Part shown: positions 48,724 to 57,905 of the stretch, in pieces | Numbering within the stretch: position 1 is the first letter of the stretch | Layout: each line of letters opens with the position of its first letter | Source of the DNA: an uncultured Verrucomicrobiae bacterium | GTDB taxonomy: Bacteria; Verrucomicrobiota; Verrucomicrobiia; Limisphaerales; SIBH01 | Direction of reading: 5' to 3' | DNA length: 64,000 nt | NCBI GenBank assembly: GCA_963760275.1 | Contig: CAVXCM010000011.1 | Location: 356,463-420,462 of the forward strand | Notes under the pieces: generated by a model | Told to the model about the DNA's origin: nothing | The model's database searches: none | Seen by the model: the letters and a program-made list of their open reading frames with translations, nothing else | Made by a program: the position numbers and the translations under genes

Positions 48724-49406
48724 GCTTTATCGACGAAGCGGTATCCCACCCCGCGGACGGTGTCGAGATGAGAAGCCGCCTTGCCCAGTTTGTCGCGCAA
48801 CCGCCGCATGTGCGTATCCACCGTGCGGGTGTCGATGAGGTTGTCGTATTCCCAAACGTCCCGAAGAAGCGCCTCACGAGACTGGACTCGCCCCCGGCGC
48901 TCAGCGAGGACCGTGAGCAACTTGAATTCGGTGGCAGTCAGGTCAACACGCTTTCCCTCCACGAGAATCTCATGCCGCGGGATATCGATCGTGAGATCTG
49001 CGAAATCCATGTTCTCGGGTTCGGGTTCGGTCGGCGCGCGGCGGCGTAGCAACGACTTAACCCGCAACACTAACTCCCGCGGACTGAAAGGCTTCGTCAC
49101 ATAGTCGTCCGCTCCCAATTCGAGCCCCAACACCCGGTCAATCTCGCCGGCCTTCGCCGTGAGCATGATGATCGGAATAGTCGCGGTGATTGGCTCCCGG
49201 CGCAGGGTCTTGCACACTTCCAATCCGTCCACCTCTGGCAGCATCACGTCCAGGATGACGAGAGCGGGATGCGACGCGCGCGCTTTCTTGATTGCCTCCT
49301 CACCGTCCGCTGCGACGACTACGTCGTAGCCGGCCGCCTTCAAGTTGTATTGAATCAGCTCCAGCGCATCGGGCTCGTCATCGACAACTAGAATCTTGGG
49401 CTTCAT
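48720..49406 (-). CDS. phoB: OmpR-family response regulator PhoB
   Basis: ILVVDDE, LDVMLP, MLTAK, GADDYVTKPFSPREL, RTVDTH.RRLR.KL and TVRG.GY motifs. Confidence 0.88.
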   Translation of the reverse strand: MKPKILVVDDEPDALELIQYNLKAAGYDVVVAADGEEAIKKARASHPALVILDVMLPEVDGLEVCKTLRREPITATIPIIMLTAKAGEIDRVLGLELGADDYVTKPFSPRELVLRVKSLLRRRAPTEPEPENMDFADLTIDIPRHEILVEGKRVDLTATEFKLLTVLAERRGRVQSREALLRDVWEYDNLIDTRTVDTHMRRLRDKLGKAASHLDTVRGVGYRFVDKA

Positions 49407-49462
49407 AAAAAACTGTGCTTCCAGACCAACTGCCGTGAACAACCCGACATCCGACGCAAGGC

Positions 49463-50278
49463 TCAGCCGTATCGACCCTCGATATACTCCGCTGTCTTTG
49501 GGTTGCTGGGATTCAGGAATAACTGAGCCGTCGGGCTGTGCTCCACCAGTTTTCCCATGAGCATGAAGATACATTCGTCGCTGGCGCGGCGAGCCTGCGC
49601 CATGTTGTGAGTCACGATGACGATGGTGTATTTGCCCTTCAGATCAAACATGAGTTCCTCGATCGCGCGAGTTCCTTCCACATCGAGGGCGCTACACGGT
49701 TCATCCATCAGGATGATCTCCGGCTTCAAAGGCAGGAGTCGGGCGATGCAAAGTTTTTGCTGCTGTTCGAGCTGGAGCGTGATGGCCTTTTGATCCAGCC
49801 GATCCTTGAGGTCCTTCCAAAGGCCCGTCTCCGTCAGGGCTTTCTCCACCGCATCATCCAAGTCCGACTTCTTCAGCGATGAGGAAGGGTTGTGAACTCG
49901 CAAGCCGAACACGACATTTTCGTAAACAGAGATGGGGAGCGGGTTGGGCCGTTGGAAAACCATTCCCACCGACTTGCGCAGCTCGATTAGCGATACGTCC
50001 GGGTCGTAGATGTTCTTTCCGTGAAGCTGGATCAACCCCTTGGTCGTTACGTATCCGTAGCGTTCGTTCACGCGATTGAAGCAGCGCAGCAACGTGGTCT
50101 TGCCGCATCCACTCGGACCGATCAGGGACGTGATGATCCCCCGTTTGATATCGGTGCTCACGTCGAGGAGAGCCTGGAACTTGGCGTACCAGAGATTCAC
50201 ATCGCGCGTGATGATCGCGTATTGCTTATCCAAATCCGCCACGGAATCCGGCGGCGCGATGGTGGCGTCAGTGTTCAT
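49463..50278 (-). CDS. pstB: Phosphate ABC transporter ATPase
   Basis: GPSGCGKT, VGMVFQ.PNP, MDEPCSALD, VTHNM.QA.R and Y..GRYG motifs; ABC signature degenerate (LQLEQQQ). Confidence 0.92.
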   Translation of the reverse strand: MNTDATIAPPDSVADLDKQYAIITRDVNLWYAKFQALLDVSTDIKRGIITSLIGPSGCGKTTLLRCFNRVNERYGYVTTKGLIQLHGKNIYDPDVSLIELRKSVGMVFQRPNPLPISVYENVVFGLRVHNPSSSLKKSDLDDAVEKALTETGLWKDLKDRLDQKAITLQLEQQQKLCIARLLPLKPEIILMDEPCSALDVEGTRAIEELMFDLKGKYTIVIVTHNMAQARRASDECIFMLMGKLVEHSPTAQLFLNPSNPKTAEYIEGRYG

Positions 50279-51042
50279 CCGAAAATTCCATTTACGTAAT
50301 CAGCCGTCCGCTTGTCCTTCGTGCGATCGCTGAAGATGACGTCATTGCGGTCGAGTTCAATGATGTCGCCGTTCCAGAGGAACATGGTGCGGGCGGCGAG
50401 GCGACGCGCCTGTTGCACCAGATTAGTCACGAGGATAATGGTCATCTCCTTCTTCAATTCCTTCAGCACATCTTCGATTCGCATGGTGGTGACGGGATCG
50501 ATGGCGATGGAAAACTCGTCGAGGCAGAGAATCTCCGGCTGATGCGACAGCGCGCGCGCGATTGTGAGGCGCTGTTGCTGCCCACCGCTGAGCTTGGTGC
50601 CAAGTGAATCAAGCCGATCCTTCACCTCGTCCCAGAGCGCGGCCTGGCGGAGACATTTTTCCACATGGGCATCGAGGAAGGACTTGTCGTTTACGCCCGA
50701 GGAGCGGGGGGCGAACGCGACATTCTCGTAAATCGTGAGGGGCAGACCGACGGGCAAGGGCGCGACCATGCCAATCTTTCTTCGCAATTCGTAAACGTTG
50801 CGCACTTTTTTCACGTCCTCGCCATCCACCTTGATGGTGCCAGTCATCCGGCTGCCCGGCGTGAACTCCAAGGTCCGGTTGATGGCGCGAAGCAACGTGG
50901 TCTTGCCGGATTGAGCGGGACCGATGATGGCAAAAATCTCGTTCGGCTCGATGTGAAAGGAAATGCCATGATGAACCTCCTTCGACCCGTAAAAGGTCCG
51001 GAGATTGGCGACTTCGACCTTATGTTGACCAGTGGCAGGCAT
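50275..51042 (-). CDS. pstB: Second phosphate ABC transporter ATPase
   Basis: GPAQSGKTT, LWDEVKDRL, LSGGQQQRL.IARAL and LDE motifs; own ATG at 51042, just after the pstA stop. Confidence 0.88.
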   Translation of the reverse strand: MPATGQHKVEVANLRTFYGSKEVHHGISFHIEPNEIFAIIGPAQSGKTTLLRAINRTLEFTPGSRMTGTIKVDGEDVKKVRNVYELRRKIGMVAPLPVGLPLTIYENVAFAPRSSGVNDKSFLDAHVEKCLRQAALWDEVKDRLDSLGTKLSGGQQQRLTIARALSHQPEILCLDEFSIAIDPVTTMRIEDVLKELKKEMTIILVTNLVQQARRLAARTMFLWNGDIIELDRNDVIFSDRTKDKRTADYVNGIFG

Positions 51043-51050
51043 GGGTTCAG

Positions 51051-51948
51051 TTACCATTTCTTCCGGGAACGGAGATAAACGCGAAACGCAATGGCCGTGG
51101 CGTTTACAATCAAAACCACCGCGACCAACACGGTCGGCAATGGCGTAGGGCGTCGCCTTCGGCACGTTATTCGCCTGCGTGGCGATGTAATAAAGATGCA
51201 TGGAGAGCGCCATGCATTGGTCCTTGATCGGGTGATAAAGAAACAGGCCGGTGTTATCCAGGAGCTTGTAAGTAGCCACCCCAGTCAGCATCACAGGCGC
51301 CGTTTCACCCGCCGTCCGGCTCACTTGCAAGATCACGCCAGTCAGAATCCCGCTGATCGAATTGGGTAGCACGATGCGCCAGATGGTTTGCCAGCGCGTA
51401 GCACCCACGTTCCAACACGCCTCGCGAAACTGCCGGGGAACGGCCGATAAGGCTTCCTTGGTCGATGCGATAATGACTGGCAAGGTCATGACGGCGAGCG
51501 TCAGGGCAGCGGCGATGATGGATTTTTTCCCGTTGTTGAAGTTCGCAAAATAGACGAATGCGCCGACGCCGAAGAGCCCATGCACGATGGAAGGGACGCC
51601 CGCAAGGTTGACCACGGCCAGATTGACGACGCGGGTGAACCAATTTTCACGAGCGTATTCGCTCAAGTAAACAGCCGCGAGTACGCCGATCGGCGCGGAG
51701 ATAACGAGGGAAAAGAAGACGATGTAAATGGTGCCAACGAGCGCGGCCCAAATACCACCTTTCGCTCCTCCGCTGCGCGGGTTCTCGGTGAGGAACTCCC
51801 AGGAAATAGCAGGAGCGCCTTGCACCACGAGATAGCTGACGATCATGACAAGCGGAATGACCATGGCGGCCGCCATGCCGCCAAAGAAGCATTTCGCGAT
51901 CAGTTCGTTCCGCTTTTTCTTACGTATGAAAGGTGTCTCTACAAACAT
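51051..51948 (-). CDS. pstA: Phosphate ABC permease PstA (one-base insertion near 51135)
   Basis: GGI..AL.GT, YLSEY, LAGVPSIV.GLFG and R.AGETAP motifs; natural C-terminus ...VYLRSRKKW* lies in the shifted frame, ending at 51051. Confidence 0.88.
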
Positions 51949-51954
51949 GGCGTC

Positions 51955-52906
51955 TTACTTTTTGCGGATTCCCTTTACGATGAAGTCGGCCGTGAGGTTC
52001 ACCACAAAGGTGATGGAAAAGAGCAGCACGCCAATCAGGAAAAGCACCTGGTAGTGCGACGAGCCTTGCGAGGTCTCTCCCAGTTCCGCGGCGATTGTCG
52101 CGGTCAATGTCCGGACTGGATCGAAAATTGAGTGCGGAATGTTGCACGGAATGCCCCGTGGCCATCAGTACGGCCATCGTTTCGCCGATCGCGCGACCCA
52201 CGCCCAGTAACACGGCAGCGAGCAAGCCGTTCTTGGCGGCAGGGAGAAGCACGCGATAAACGAGCTGCCATTTCGTGGCGCCCAGCGCGATCCCGGCTTC
52301 GCGATAACTGTCAGGTACCGCTTTCAGTGCGTCTTCACCGATACTGACCATGATTGGTACGCTCATGAGGGCTAGCAGCAACGCGGCATTCAAAAGATTC
52401 ACGCCGACCGGCACGTGGAAAGTACTGATGAGTATCGGGCTCATCACGCTCAACCCGATGAATCCCCAAACGACGCTGGGAATGGCGGCCAGCAATTCAA
52501 TCACGATCTTGAGTGTCTCCTTCACTTTGCCGGTGCAGAACTCGGAGACGAAGATGGCAGCTCCCAAGCCAAAGGGGACGGCAATCAGCATCGCCAGCAT
52601 GGTGACGCTCAACGTGCCGACAATGAGCGCGCCGGTGCCGTACTTGGGTTGCACCGACGAGGTGGGGATCCATTCCTTGCTGAAAAAGAACTCGCTGAAA
52701 TTGAGCTTCGAGAGAAAAGGAGCGCCTTCTTTGAAGACAAAGAAGAAGATTCCAAAGACGAAGATAATCGCACTAAAACCACAGATATAAACAATGCCTT
52801 CGATAACGCGCTCCCCAAACTGGGCAAGCCCGCTCCGTCGATGGCGCTTCACAGGCGCGAGGGATTTTTGGGCAGGGACCGTCGGTGCTGTATCGGTTTG
52901 TAACAT
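51955..52906 (-). CDS. pstC: Phosphate ABC permease PstC (one-base insertion near 52145)
   Basis: GT, IELLAAIPSVV.G, ALGATKWQ and GRAIGETMAVLM..G motifs; C-terminus TLTATIAAELGE...ADFIVKGIRKK* lies in the shifted frame. Confidence 0.88.
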
Positions 52907-52963
52907 TGAGTGAATGCAGGGCTGCGAGCCGCCGCCAAGGTATCAACGGCGGCTCGGAAATGA

Positions 52964-53872
52964 TTACTTCTTCGGCAGCGGCACGTAGCCCGTGCTTTCG
53001 ACGATTTTCTGCCCCTCCTCCGACATGGTCCAATCAATGTACTGCTTCAGATGCGGGGCAGGTTCGCCGGCGGTGTAAAAAAAGAGCGGCCGCGCAATTG
53101 GATAGGTTTTGTCCTGGGTCGTGGCGATGCTCGGGGCGACCGCGGGCTGACCTTTGGCTTTCGAAACTTTCAACATTTTGACAGACGGGTTGGCGTAGCC
53201 CATGCCGGAGTAACCGATGGCGTTCGGTGTCTTGCCGACGAGTTCCACGACGTCTTTCGAGCCGTTCATGTCGAGGGAGCCGAGCTTGAACTCGTTCTTC
53301 TTACCGACGACCGCTTCCTTGAAATACTCGTACGTTCCGGAATTGTTCTGGCGGCTGACACGGATGATTTCATCGCCTTTCGCTCCAGGAATGCTGGTGA
53401 CGCCGAGGTCGCTCCATTTGGTGATCTTGCCATCAGCGCGGTAAATATCACCCAATTGCTCGACGGTGATCTCGTTGAGCGGATTATTTTTATGGACGTA
53501 AACCGAGAGGGCATCGAAACCAACGATATATTCCTTCGCGTCGAGCTTTCGCTTCTCCTTCAACTCCGCCGACTCCTTTTCTTCGATATGCCGGCTGCTG
53601 TTGGCGAGCTCAGCAGTGCCATTGATTAATCCCTTTATCCCAACACCCGAACCGCCTCCACCGACTTCGATGAGCGTGTTCTTGTCGACGGCGCCGTAAG
53701 CCTCCGCCCAAGCAGCTGCGAGATTGACCATCGTGTCGGAGCCGATGTTGGCGACAGTGACCTTCTTGCCGGAAGAACCGCCGCTCTCAGTGCCTGAAGA
53801 GGAGTCTTTCTTGCCGCAACCCGTCAGCATCAAGGCCGCTGCAGCCACTGTCATAAGGAACTTCATTTTCAT
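52964..53872 (-). CDS. pstS: Phosphate-binding lipoprotein PstS
   Basis: Lipobox LTGC; GSDT, GGGSG.G, SSR, R...SGT, IGY and YPIARPL motifs. Confidence 0.93.
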   Translation of the reverse strand: MKMKFLMTVAAAALMLTGCGKKDSSSGTESGGSSGKKVTVANIGSDTMVNLAAAWAEAYGAVDKNTLIEVGGGGSGVGIKGLINGTAELANSSRHIEEKESAELKEKRKLDAKEYIVGFDALSVYVHKNNPLNEITVEQLGDIYRADGKITKWSDLGVTSIPGAKGDEIIRVSRQNNSGTYEYFKEAVVGKKNEFKLGSLDMNGSKDVVELVGKTPNAIGYSGMGYANPSVKMLKVSKAKGQPAVAPSIATTQDKTYPIARPLFFYTAGEPAPHLKQYIDWTMSEEGQKIVESTGYVPLPKK

Positions 53873-53879
53873 AATTTTG

Positions 53880-54983
53880 TTAATCGCTGTCTTCGACCAA
53901 GGCCTGCACGAGCTCGCGCACGTGCGTGTTGATGTATTCAAATGTCTGCTCGTAAGCATCCCGCACGTCCGCCAGGGAACCCGGACGCGTCGAGGGATCC
54001 TCGACCGCCCAGTCCAATGCCACGGTCTTGGTCGGCGCGGGCGGGAATACTTTCCTGGCGTTTTTCGCCAACGCGATGATGACGTGATAGTGATCGATGT
54101 TCGGAATCTGGCTGATGGACTTGCTCTTCTGCTGAGCTATTTCGATCCCCTTTTCCTTCAGGAACTCAACCGTGCGCCAGTCGAGGGCGCGTGATTCGAG
54201 GCCGGCGCTGCTGAAAACAATTCCTTGTGTCACAAGGCTATTGGCAATGGCTTCGGCCATTTGGCTGCGGCATGAATTATTCTCGTCGACGAACAGGATA
54301 CGCAGCACTTCGGCCCCCTTGTGCTTGATGTACTCTCCCGTGCACATGTAGAGGGTTTCCTCGCAAATATTTTTCGCCTGATCGGCCACTCGCTCAAAGC
54401 GGCGAGCGATGGTCTGCAACGGATTAAGCGCACTGATTGGAATGGCACCGGACTGAAACAGGCCCAAAAGTTCGACATCGAGTTTCCCGCGTAACACGTC
54501 GGCCTTGTCTTCCTCCACCATCGCTTCACGCGCCAACGCAACGTCCTGCTCGATGAACGCCCTCATGGCGTCGCGCAGCATGGGAATGGAAATCCCGGCA
54601 AGAGCGCGGAAATCGTCCAGGGGCAACTTATCGTGCACGCTACTCACCTTGAGCACCTGGCGGGAAATGCTCTCGGCATAATCGCCAATGCGCTCCAACT
54701 CCAAATTGATCTTGATGGTGGCGTAGGCAAACCGGAGGTGCCCCGCCACGGGTTGTTGTCGCACGAGAAATTCGAGACACAGCCGGTCCACCTCTTTCTC
54801 CAGCTCGTCGATGTATTGGTCACGAAGGATGACGGAGTAGGCGAGGGTCAGGTTTTTATCCAATAAGGCAGTGAGGCTGTCCCGCAAAGCCCGGTCCGCC
54901 AATTGGGCCATTGCCGAAACTTTGCTGCGGATCAGGTCAATGTCTCGCTGCAGATGCTCTTCGTAATGAGTCGTGGCTTTCAA
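53880..54983 (-). CDS. phoU: PhoU fused to a C-terminal LMW-PTP/ArsC-like domain
   Basis: QPVA.HLR, LERIGD.A and ERVADQA.NI.E (PhoU), then ILFVDENNSCRSQMAEA, SAG and W..EDP (LMWPc fold); start uncertain. Confidence 0.88.
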   Translation of the reverse strand: MKATTHYEEHLQRDIDLIRSKVSAMAQLADRALRDSLTALLDKNLTLAYSVILRDQYIDELEKEVDRLCLEFLVRQQPVAGHLRFAYATIKINLELERIGDYAESISRQVLKVSSVHDKLPLDDFRALAGISIPMLRDAMRAFIEQDVALAREAMVEEDKADVLRGKLDVELLGLFQSGAIPISALNPLQTIARRFERVADQAKNICEETLYMCTGEYIKHKGAEVLRILFVDENNSCRSQMAEAIANSLVTQGIVFSSAGLESRALDWRTVEFLKEKGIEIAQQKSKSISQIPNIDHYHVIIALAKNARKVFPPAPTKTVALDWAVEDPSTRPGSLADVRDAYEQTFEYINTHVRELVQALVEDSD

Positions 54984-54996
54984 CGAGAGGACATAT

Positions 54997-55045
54997 ATGA
55001 CACCGGTGTTACGCCCAAAGGTCGCCCAGGTTACAATTGTGCAAC
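54997..55045 (-). promoter_or_regulatory. Pho-box-like 11-bp-phased repeats upstream of the phoU-pst operon
   Basis: Minus-strand GTCAT (54997-55001), GTAAC (55008-55012), GTAAC (55030-55034) and GTTGC (55041-55045), all on one 11-nt register. Confidence 0.65.
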
Positions 55046-55083
55046 GCGTTGACGGGCCGGCAGGCGGGAAAGGGAAATGGGCG

Positions 55084-55608
55084 CTAGAAAATTTCGGCGC
55101 CTCGGTCCAAGTGTCGCGCGATATCGAGGCGTTCGGTAGCATTCTCTATCACGTGGCGGCGGAGACCAGCGGGCAGGTCTCGAATCTGGCTCCCTTCCTC
55201 GAAGCGGGTTTTCAAAGCGCGGGTCAGCACGTTGGCCACGGACCACTTGAACACGCCACGGTTTTCCTGCCGAAACCGTTTCATCTCGGCCGGAACGGGA
55301 GGAAGCTTCGGACGCACCATCCGAAATTCAGGGTTGTCCGAGCAATGACGGGCAATTTCCTCTGCGCCAAAAATGCCTGTGGCATAGGCGAGGGTCATGG
55401 TGGCAAGCAGGGCCTTGGGCTCGAAGTGAGGCAACTGCCGCAATTGTTCCAGCAAGTCCGGGTTGGTCCAATCTACGGAATTAAGGTCCGCAAGAATCCA
55501 TTCCGCCAACTGCGCAACAGGCACCCACGCCCCCAAGTCATGGGGAATAGCCAGTTGGTGTTCCCATACCATCCTCGAAGGAATCTCGACTGTTGCCGGT
55601 TCAATCAT
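55084..55608 (-). CDS. Hypothetical protein resembling the N-terminal DUF772 domain of IS1182 transposases, with no DDE domain
   Basis: P.ALL..MT.AYATGIFGAEEI...C..N..FR...P......RFR..N pattern; ORF ends soon after it; start uncertain. Confidence 0.6.
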   Translation of the reverse strand: MIEPATVEIPSRMVWEHQLAIPHDLGAWVPVAQLAEWILADLNSVDWTNPDLLEQLRQLPHFEPKALLATMTLAYATGIFGAEEIARHCSDNPEFRMVRPKLPPVPAEMKRFRQENRGVFKWSVANVLTRALKTRFEEGSQIRDLPAGLRRHVIENATERLDIARHLDRGAEIF

Positions 55609-55735
55609 CTGCAGCGAACATCGCACTTTTGTGTGACAAGGCGATGTCGCGATAATCACGTTTGAGCGACATCATAAGAGCGGCAGAATCTACAAAGCCG
55701 TCCTCGTCTTAAGCGAATAAGAGGCTCGGCGAAAA

Positions 55736-57094
55736 TTAAAACCTCCACATGGCATCGATCAGCAAGCGCCCCGTTTGGCTTTCCGTCTCCTGCCCGTTCA
55801 CGACGCTCGGGTCGATCAACTCAGACAGGACGTAGGTGAGGGTCAGCGTGAAGGCATCGGCCGGTGAGTAACTCGCCCTGAAGATGTGCCCTTTTACGTT
55901 GGTGCCGGCACGATAACCAGAGCCTGTAGCTGAGTTGGCAAAGGCGGTTTGATAAAAAGCCCCGTAATCGGAATCAACGACCTCCTCATACCAGGCATCG
56001 CGGTCCAGATAACGCCAGCGGTAGCCCAGTTCCCACGTCCCTTTCTTGCCGGACTTACCAGCCGTCGCCCCCACCTCGTAGCCAGTATTGTTTCGCGACG
56101 GTCCAAAATTATTCACGAACGTTCCGGCCATCCTCACCGGGAATTTGCCGTTATAACCCGGCATTGATGCAAATGAGTACGTTACCGCAGCATCCAACAC
56201 CAGCGGCGTGTAGTTGTGCACCAAAGTCCCGTCCGCGGCGCGGGTGTTGCCAATATTGAGGTTCGGCACGGAGAAATTGGTGAGCGACCGCTCGTCCGTA
56301 ATGGCAAGGAAGGCGGCCCCCATTGAACTCTCCCACGCTGGCGCCCATTTAGCATCCCATCGCGCCTGGACCCCCATCATGAATGGATCCTGATCGGACT
56401 GTTGCCCCTGGCTAATCTCATCCAACAGGAAAAAGCCACCCGCGAACTTCAAGGCGTGTTGCTGGTTAAGAGTGTAGGTGCTGCCAACGCCAAACCCTTC
56501 TGGCGTATAATCCTCGTCAAACACCAAGGAGGATAGGACGAAGGGATTTTCCATTTTGCCCACCGTGCCGCTGAGCTTCCATGCATCGTGGTTGATCGGC
56601 GTCCATTTGCCGTAAGCCTGATCTACCCACAGGAATTTTTTGGATCCATTATCCTGGAGAGTGCTGTTGCCCGAAATTGGATCCCCGCCGAAGTTTGACT
56701 GTGGATCGCCAGAGGTGAGACGAAATCCCAACTCCAAGCTGTCTTTCAACGTGGCAATCGCACCAACCCGAAGCCGATAACGCATACGAGTGCGGTCATG
56801 ATTCGGAGCGCCCGCCGTGTCGTTGTCCGTGTAGATGCCATCGAAGCGCCCTCGAAAATCCCCGTAGATTCGGAGGGAAGTGACATAGTCTGGCAGCCCA
56901 GTCTTGGCTCGAAAGGACCTGTCGTAACCGGATGCGGATTCTTTCTTAAGCTCATCGGCTTCCTGCTTCGTGAGCACTCCTTTCGAAACCAACTTCTCCA
57001 GCAACGCATCGTTGGATTGTGCTGTGGAGGATATCGTTCCGAAGGAAAGGAGAGTCGCAGAAATGGCAGCTACTCCGAGTGCGTTCAACTTCAT
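55736..57094 (-). CDS. Putative (phosphate-selective) outer-membrane porin, Porin_5-like
   Basis: Signal peptide; LL.KLV.KGVLT..EA, GDFR.R, R.RYRLR, DQAY, GKMENP, D.D..PEG and TN.KGH motifs; terminal WRF. Confidence 0.85.
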   Translation of the reverse strand: MKLNALGVAAISATLLSFGTISSTAQSNDALLEKLVSKGVLTKQEADELKKESASGYDRSFRAKTGLPDYVTSLRIYGDFRGRFDGIYTDNDTAGAPNHDRTRMRYRLRVGAIATLKDSLELGFRLTSGDPQSNFGGDPISGNSTLQDNGSKKFLWVDQAYGKWTPINHDAWKLSGTVGKMENPFVLSSLVFDEDYTPEGFGVGSTYTLNQQHALKFAGGFFLLDEISQGQQSDQDPFMMGVQARWDAKWAPAWESSMGAAFLAITDERSLTNFSVPNLNIGNTRAADGTLVHNYTPLVLDAAVTYSFASMPGYNGKFPVRMAGTFVNNFGPSRNNTGYEVGATAGKSGKKGTWELGYRWRYLDRDAWYEEVVDSDYGAFYQTAFANSATGSGYRAGTNVKGHIFRASYSPADAFTLTLTYVLSELIDPSVVNGQETESQTGRLLIDAMWRF

Positions 57095-57119
57095 TGGGCA
57101 CGCACCCTACCGACCTATT

Positions 57120-57157
57120 GTGACGACACAAGTGCGATTTCGTAACGGATGGGTTAC
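57120..57157 (-). promoter_or_regulatory. Pho-box-like repeats upstream of the porin
   Basis: Minus-strand GTCAC (57120-57124), GTTAC (57142-57146) and GTAAC (57153-57157) on an 11-nt register. Confidence 0.55.
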
Positions 57158-57243
57158 GGGAGTTGGCATCCCATCGGAAACCTCCCTAGTTTCTCAAACG
57201 CAAGCATCCTTTCTCTCCATCTCGGATAATTTCTCGTGCGTTT

Positions 57244-57261
57244 CGTAACCATTCTGTAACA
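57244..57261 (+). promoter_or_regulatory. Pho-box-like direct repeat just upstream of DUF47-pit
   Basis: CGTAACCATTC-TGTAACA: GTAAC at 57245 and 57256 (11-nt period), ending 11 nt before the ATG. Confidence 0.6.
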
Positions 57262-57271
57262 ACTAGGGGCC

Positions 57272-57898
57272 ATGTTCTCATTGCAAAAGTTTCTAGGCAA
57301 AGATGATCAGTTTTTTGAACTTCTTCAGGCTAGCGCGGAAGAAGGTTTGCATAGTGTCAGAGCATTGAACCGGATCCTGACGAACCCATCCATCACGCCC
57401 ACCCTGGACGAATTCGTGGCGTCCCGTCGCAAAGATAAGGAAATCACCAACCAAATCAGCGAACTACTGGTTAAGACCTTCGTGACAGCATTGGAGCGGG
57501 AGGACATCGAGGCGCTCTCCAACGTCCTCTACAAGGTCCCCAAGACAATCGAGAAATTTGCGGAACGCTATATACTCTGCGCGCCCCGCCTGCGCGGAGT
57601 GAAGTTCGACAAGCAGATGCTCATGATGGAAGAGGCCATTAACATCGTGGTTTCGATGTTGAAAGAACTGAAGAAAAACGATCTCAGCTCCATTTCAAAA
57701 CAGAACACGAAGCTTCAACGCCTGGAAGGGGACGCGGACAAGCTCATGCTGGAAGAATTCCGCGAACTCTACAGCGGAAAACACGAACCCCTTACGGCCA
57801 TGGCGCTTAAGGACCTCTACGAACTCCTGGAGAAAGTCTTCGACCGATGCCGCGATGCCGGCAATGTGATTTCCAATGTCGTGTTGAAACATTCGTGA
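57272..57898 (+). CDS. DUF47 / PhoU-like Pit accessory protein
   Basis: FF.LL, TFVT.LEREDI..L, LE..AD and Y..LE...DRC.D..N motifs; precedes pit. Confidence 0.9.
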   Translation: MFSLQKFLGKDDQFFELLQASAEEGLHSVRALNRILTNPSITPTLDEFVASRRKDKEITNQISELLVKTFVTALEREDIEALSNVLYKVPKTIEKFAERYILCAPRLRGVKFDKQMLMMEEAINIVVSMLKELKKNDLSSISKQNTKLQRLEGDADKLMLEEFRELYSGKHEPLTAMALKDLYELLEKVFDRCRDAGNVISNVVLKHS

Positions 57899-57905
57899 AG
57901 CGACC

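Noticed and set aside
50275-51948. Apparent 557-aa PstA-PstB fusion in the ORF track
   Set aside because: One extra base near 51135 shifts the frame. The normal PstA end (TVLVAVVLIVNATAIAFRVYLRSRKKW*) lies in the other frame and PstB has its own ATG at 51042.
53880-54305. Functional arsenate reductase (arsC) or ars operon
   Set aside because: The nucleophilic Cys and redox Cys pair are missing, and no arsR, arsB or acr3 is nearby.
55084-55659. Active IS1182 element
   Set aside because: No DDE domain, terminal inverted repeats or target-site duplication are visible.
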